A stretch of DNA of 64,000 bases from Eledone cirrhosa (Eukaryota): the NCBI GenBank assembly GCA_964016885.1, contig OZ024762.1:19158001-19222000 (forward strand), read 5' to 3'. The translations under genes were made by a program, and so were the position numbers. Of this stretch, positions 60,901 to 64,000 are shown piece by piece; the first letter of the stretch is position 1, and each line of letters starts with the position of its first letter. The notes beneath the pieces were generated by a model, which did not search any database, was not told the DNA's origin, and saw only the letters and a program-made list of their open reading frames with translations.

Positions 60901-61162
60901 TTGTTTCAGTCAGGTGAATTGTACCTGTAATTCCATGAGCCAACCATGCCACACACTATATCTCGCTGAATCCCCATGAGAGATATACATGTCTGTGGAA
61001 TGCTCAGCCACTTGCACATTAGCTTCACGAGCAAACAGTTTTGTTTTCAGAACAACTGGAATACTCCTCCTCTGAACAGACGGAGGCCCAGTGCACACGC
61101 ATATATCTGTACGTACGTATGTATGCATGTATGTAAATGCTTAGTAAATGTTTGTGTGCATG

Positions 61163-61217
<55 letters not shown>

Positions 61218-61247
61218 AGAACAAAAGATGCTTAAAAGAGTTCCATG

Positions 61248-61318
61248 TATTTTATTATGCGCATTTCAAAAACAAATATCATCATGCAATAATATTTGTG
61301 TTTTCATCAGATAAAACA
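61248..61318 (-). ncRNA. Minimal type I hammerhead motif within a (TA)n-flanked element ~61210-61495
   Basis: Minus: TGTTTTAT-CTGATGA(61310-04)-16-bp stem II (1 mismatch, GCAT loop)-GAAA(61267-64)-TGCGCA-TA^ATAAAATA; residual inverted arm ~61378-61405; tail hairpin 61412-61436. Confidence 0.85.
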
Positions 61319-61649
61319 GGAGGACATGATATGAAGGCTAAAAAACACTTGTGGATAGTTCAGTTTTAAATCAACATATTTAACCATCTTTTGCTCTTAT
61401 ATATTATGTATACTCCAGTCCTACAAACTGTAGAGTGCTTCTTATACGATATCTGCATTGCTTTATTGTACTACAATAAAACTCACCTCCTACATTATAT
61501 ATATATATATATATATATATATGGATGTAGATATAGATATTATGTATATGATATATACTGTATTATGTATATATATGTATATGATATATATTATGTATAT
61601 ATATGTATATGATATATGTATGTGTGTATATATATGTATTTATTTATAT

Positions 61650-62060
61650 ATACACACACACACTCACATTCTCACACACACATTCTCACACACACACATG
61701 CTCACACACACATTCTCACACACACACATTCTCACACACACATTCTCACACACACATTCTCACACACACATTCTCACACACACACACTCACACACACACT
61801 CTCACATACACACTCACACACTCTCTCACACACTCTCTCACACACTCTCACACACACACTCTCACACACTCACACACACACTTACACTCACACACACTTA
61901 CACTCACACACACTTACACTCACACACACTTACACTCACACACACTCACACTCTCACACACTCTCACACACACACTCACACTCACTCGCACTCACTCGCA
62001 CACACTCGCACACACTCGCACACACTCTCACATACACACATACACACTCTCACACACACA

Positions 62061-62154
<94 letters not shown>

Positions 62155-62920
62155 CTCACACACTCTCACTCTCTCTCACACACTCACTCACACACTCACA
62201 TATATATATAAATATATATATATATAAAACAAATAACAATAACAGCAATACTTAGATATTCTAAAATGGAGGTAAAATTCTGTAATACATCTCCACCGAG
62301 ATTTAATACATGACAACAACATCTCGTATATAACACAACACCATTCACTAAACAGGACAAGATGGAGTCGAAAATTGAAGATTTTTAAGGGAATCTCACT
62401 TTGCCTCAAATCTCGTGAGAGCGATATCATTGTTGTTTCAATGACTCTCTCTTTTTCCTTCACTCTCATTCGTCCCCTTCTTCTCCTCTATTTATCTTCA
62501 TCCTTTTCTAAATAAATCTTCTCCTTCTACTCCTTATTCTTTTTCTTCTCTTTCTTCTCTTTTTTCCTTCTTCTCTTTCTTCCTTCTTCTTCTTCTTTTT
62601 TTCTTCTTCTTCTTTTTTTCTTCTTCTTTTTTTCTTCTTTTTTTTCTTTTCTTTTCTTCTTTTCTTCTTTTCTTTTTCTTTTCTTCTTTTCTTCTTTTCT
62701 TGTTTTCTTTTTCTTTTCTTCTTTCGTTCTTCGTTTCTTCGTTTCTTCTTCTTTCGTTTCTTATTTAATCTCATCATCATTTTCTCCCCCCTCCCTCCTC
62801 CTCTCCTCCTCCTTCTCTCCTCCTCCTTCTCTCCTCCTCCTTCTCTCCTCCTCCTCCTCTCCTCCTCCTTCTCTCCTCCTCCTTCTCTCCTCCTCCTCCT
62901 CTCCTCCTCATCTCCTCCCC
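61650..62920. repeat. (CA)n/CTCA tract (to ~62200) and (CTT)/(CCT) pyrimidine tract (~62470-62920)
   Basis: Direct inspection. Confidence 0.9.
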
Positions 62921-63213
62921 AAAGTGTTGTCACAACACCTTTCTAAGAGATGGAAACTCTGAAAAAAATCTGCGGCTTCAGAAGCATCTGATGATGTTGA
63001 CCAGTTTTCCTTTTCGGGTAGTGTTTTCGATGCTCAGAGAATGGTATTGGTCGAGAGGAAGGCCTTTCCGCACTTAAAAAAACCTTCAAAACAGAGGCAT
63101 TGCTTGTTGAAGATCTGTTACAGGTTCGTGGGGCTGGCCGTAGCCTAAAGGTGCACAATTTTCTGTAATCTGATAAGCGGTTGCAATACTCTTAGCAGAG
63201 TTTGCAGCCGTCT

Positions 63214-63271
<58 letters not shown>

Positions 63272-63373
63272 CTTGAAGGCGGCTGACCGAACTTGAAACT
63301 GCTAAATGTCTGGCCGCCTTCTTGTCTCTGCCTTTTTAGCCCCATCCATTATATTCCTTTGTTAAATTTTGGA

Positions 63374-63431
63374 ATACCTGATGATGTCACCGGATTCATA
63401 CTGAACCCGGTCATTGAAATGTTCATAGTAT
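63374..63431 (+). ncRNA. Type I hammerhead motif, stem II base degenerate
   Basis: ATAC-CTGATGA(63378-84)-TGTCACCGGATTCA/TGAACCCGGTCATT-GAAA(63416-19)-TGTTCA-TA^GTAT. Confidence 0.7.
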
Positions 63432-63671
63432 AATAAACCTTTAAGGAATTACACTAGTCCGGCCTCCTGTTATTTTATAATAATATATATATATATATAT
63501 CATATTGTTAATATGATATCCCTGAAATATATATAACGAAATAAATATGGTTTTATAAATATAGTTTCCATTTATTTAATATCATAAATATACTCCAAAT
63601 ACTTGTTGAGTGCTTTTATATCAGTTATAAATATTTACTCGTTGTTAACCCAACAATTTAAATATAACTTT

Positions 63672-63709
<38 letters not shown>

Positions 63710-63728
63710 ATCCATTACCATTATAAGG

Positions 63729-63813
63729 GGTCGGACGAGCCGCGGATTACAGAGTCGGGCTAGATCGATACAGATCGAACCTTGAGCTGATCAGTGGCGA
63801 AACGCGCGTCACC
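63729..63813 (+). ncRNA. Degenerate hammerhead motif (core CGGACGA, long loop II)
   Basis: GGT-CGGACGA-GCCGC...GTGGC-GAAA-CGCGCG-TC^ACC. Confidence 0.6.
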
Positions 63814-64000
63814 AACCAATAAACGTAATGAAGGAGTAACCAATCGTCCTTGTTATTCTATTTCACTATATATATATATATCATGTATATTTTTATTTGT
63901 TTGACCCGAATCACTTGATTGTATTTTGGGGCTGTGCCAATGATTGTTTAAACATCGTCTCAGTGTGTTTGGTATTAAACGTTAGTTATAGCTCTGATTC

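Noticed and set aside
62940-63213. Complex sequence with CTGATGA; possible exon or ribozyme
   Set aside because: No hammerhead fold; reading frames short or without recognisable motifs.

Overview
Eukaryotic, very AT-rich, repeat-dominated DNA with no recognisable host protein-coding gene. The tRNA-derived SINEs, RTE/CR1/R4/L1-Tx1 LINE fragments and giant (TA)n compound microsatellites resemble a cephalopod (Octopus-like) intergenic or intronic region; this is an inference. Nearly all long ORFs in the track are microsatellite artefacts. The only real coding remnants are LINE pieces, including one uninterrupted 598-codon CR1/L2-group RT ORF (45860-47656). A ~3.6 kb duplication around a 200-N gap is probably an assembly overlap. 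Main finding: a dense set of short (100-500 bp) non-coding elements sitting in (TA)n tracts that carry minimal type I hammerhead ribozyme motifs (CUGANGA...GAAA-short, mostly palindromic stem III-NUH). They fall into about 7 sequence-divergent families, often as head-to-head inverted pairs. They share a covarying 3' bulged hairpin (RCTC-stem-loop-stem-TN-GAGY) placed just beyond the inverted arm. This architecture fits Penelope-like pseudo-LTRs or retrozyme-like non-autonomous elements. All folds were derived by eye and no cleavage activity is demonstrated.
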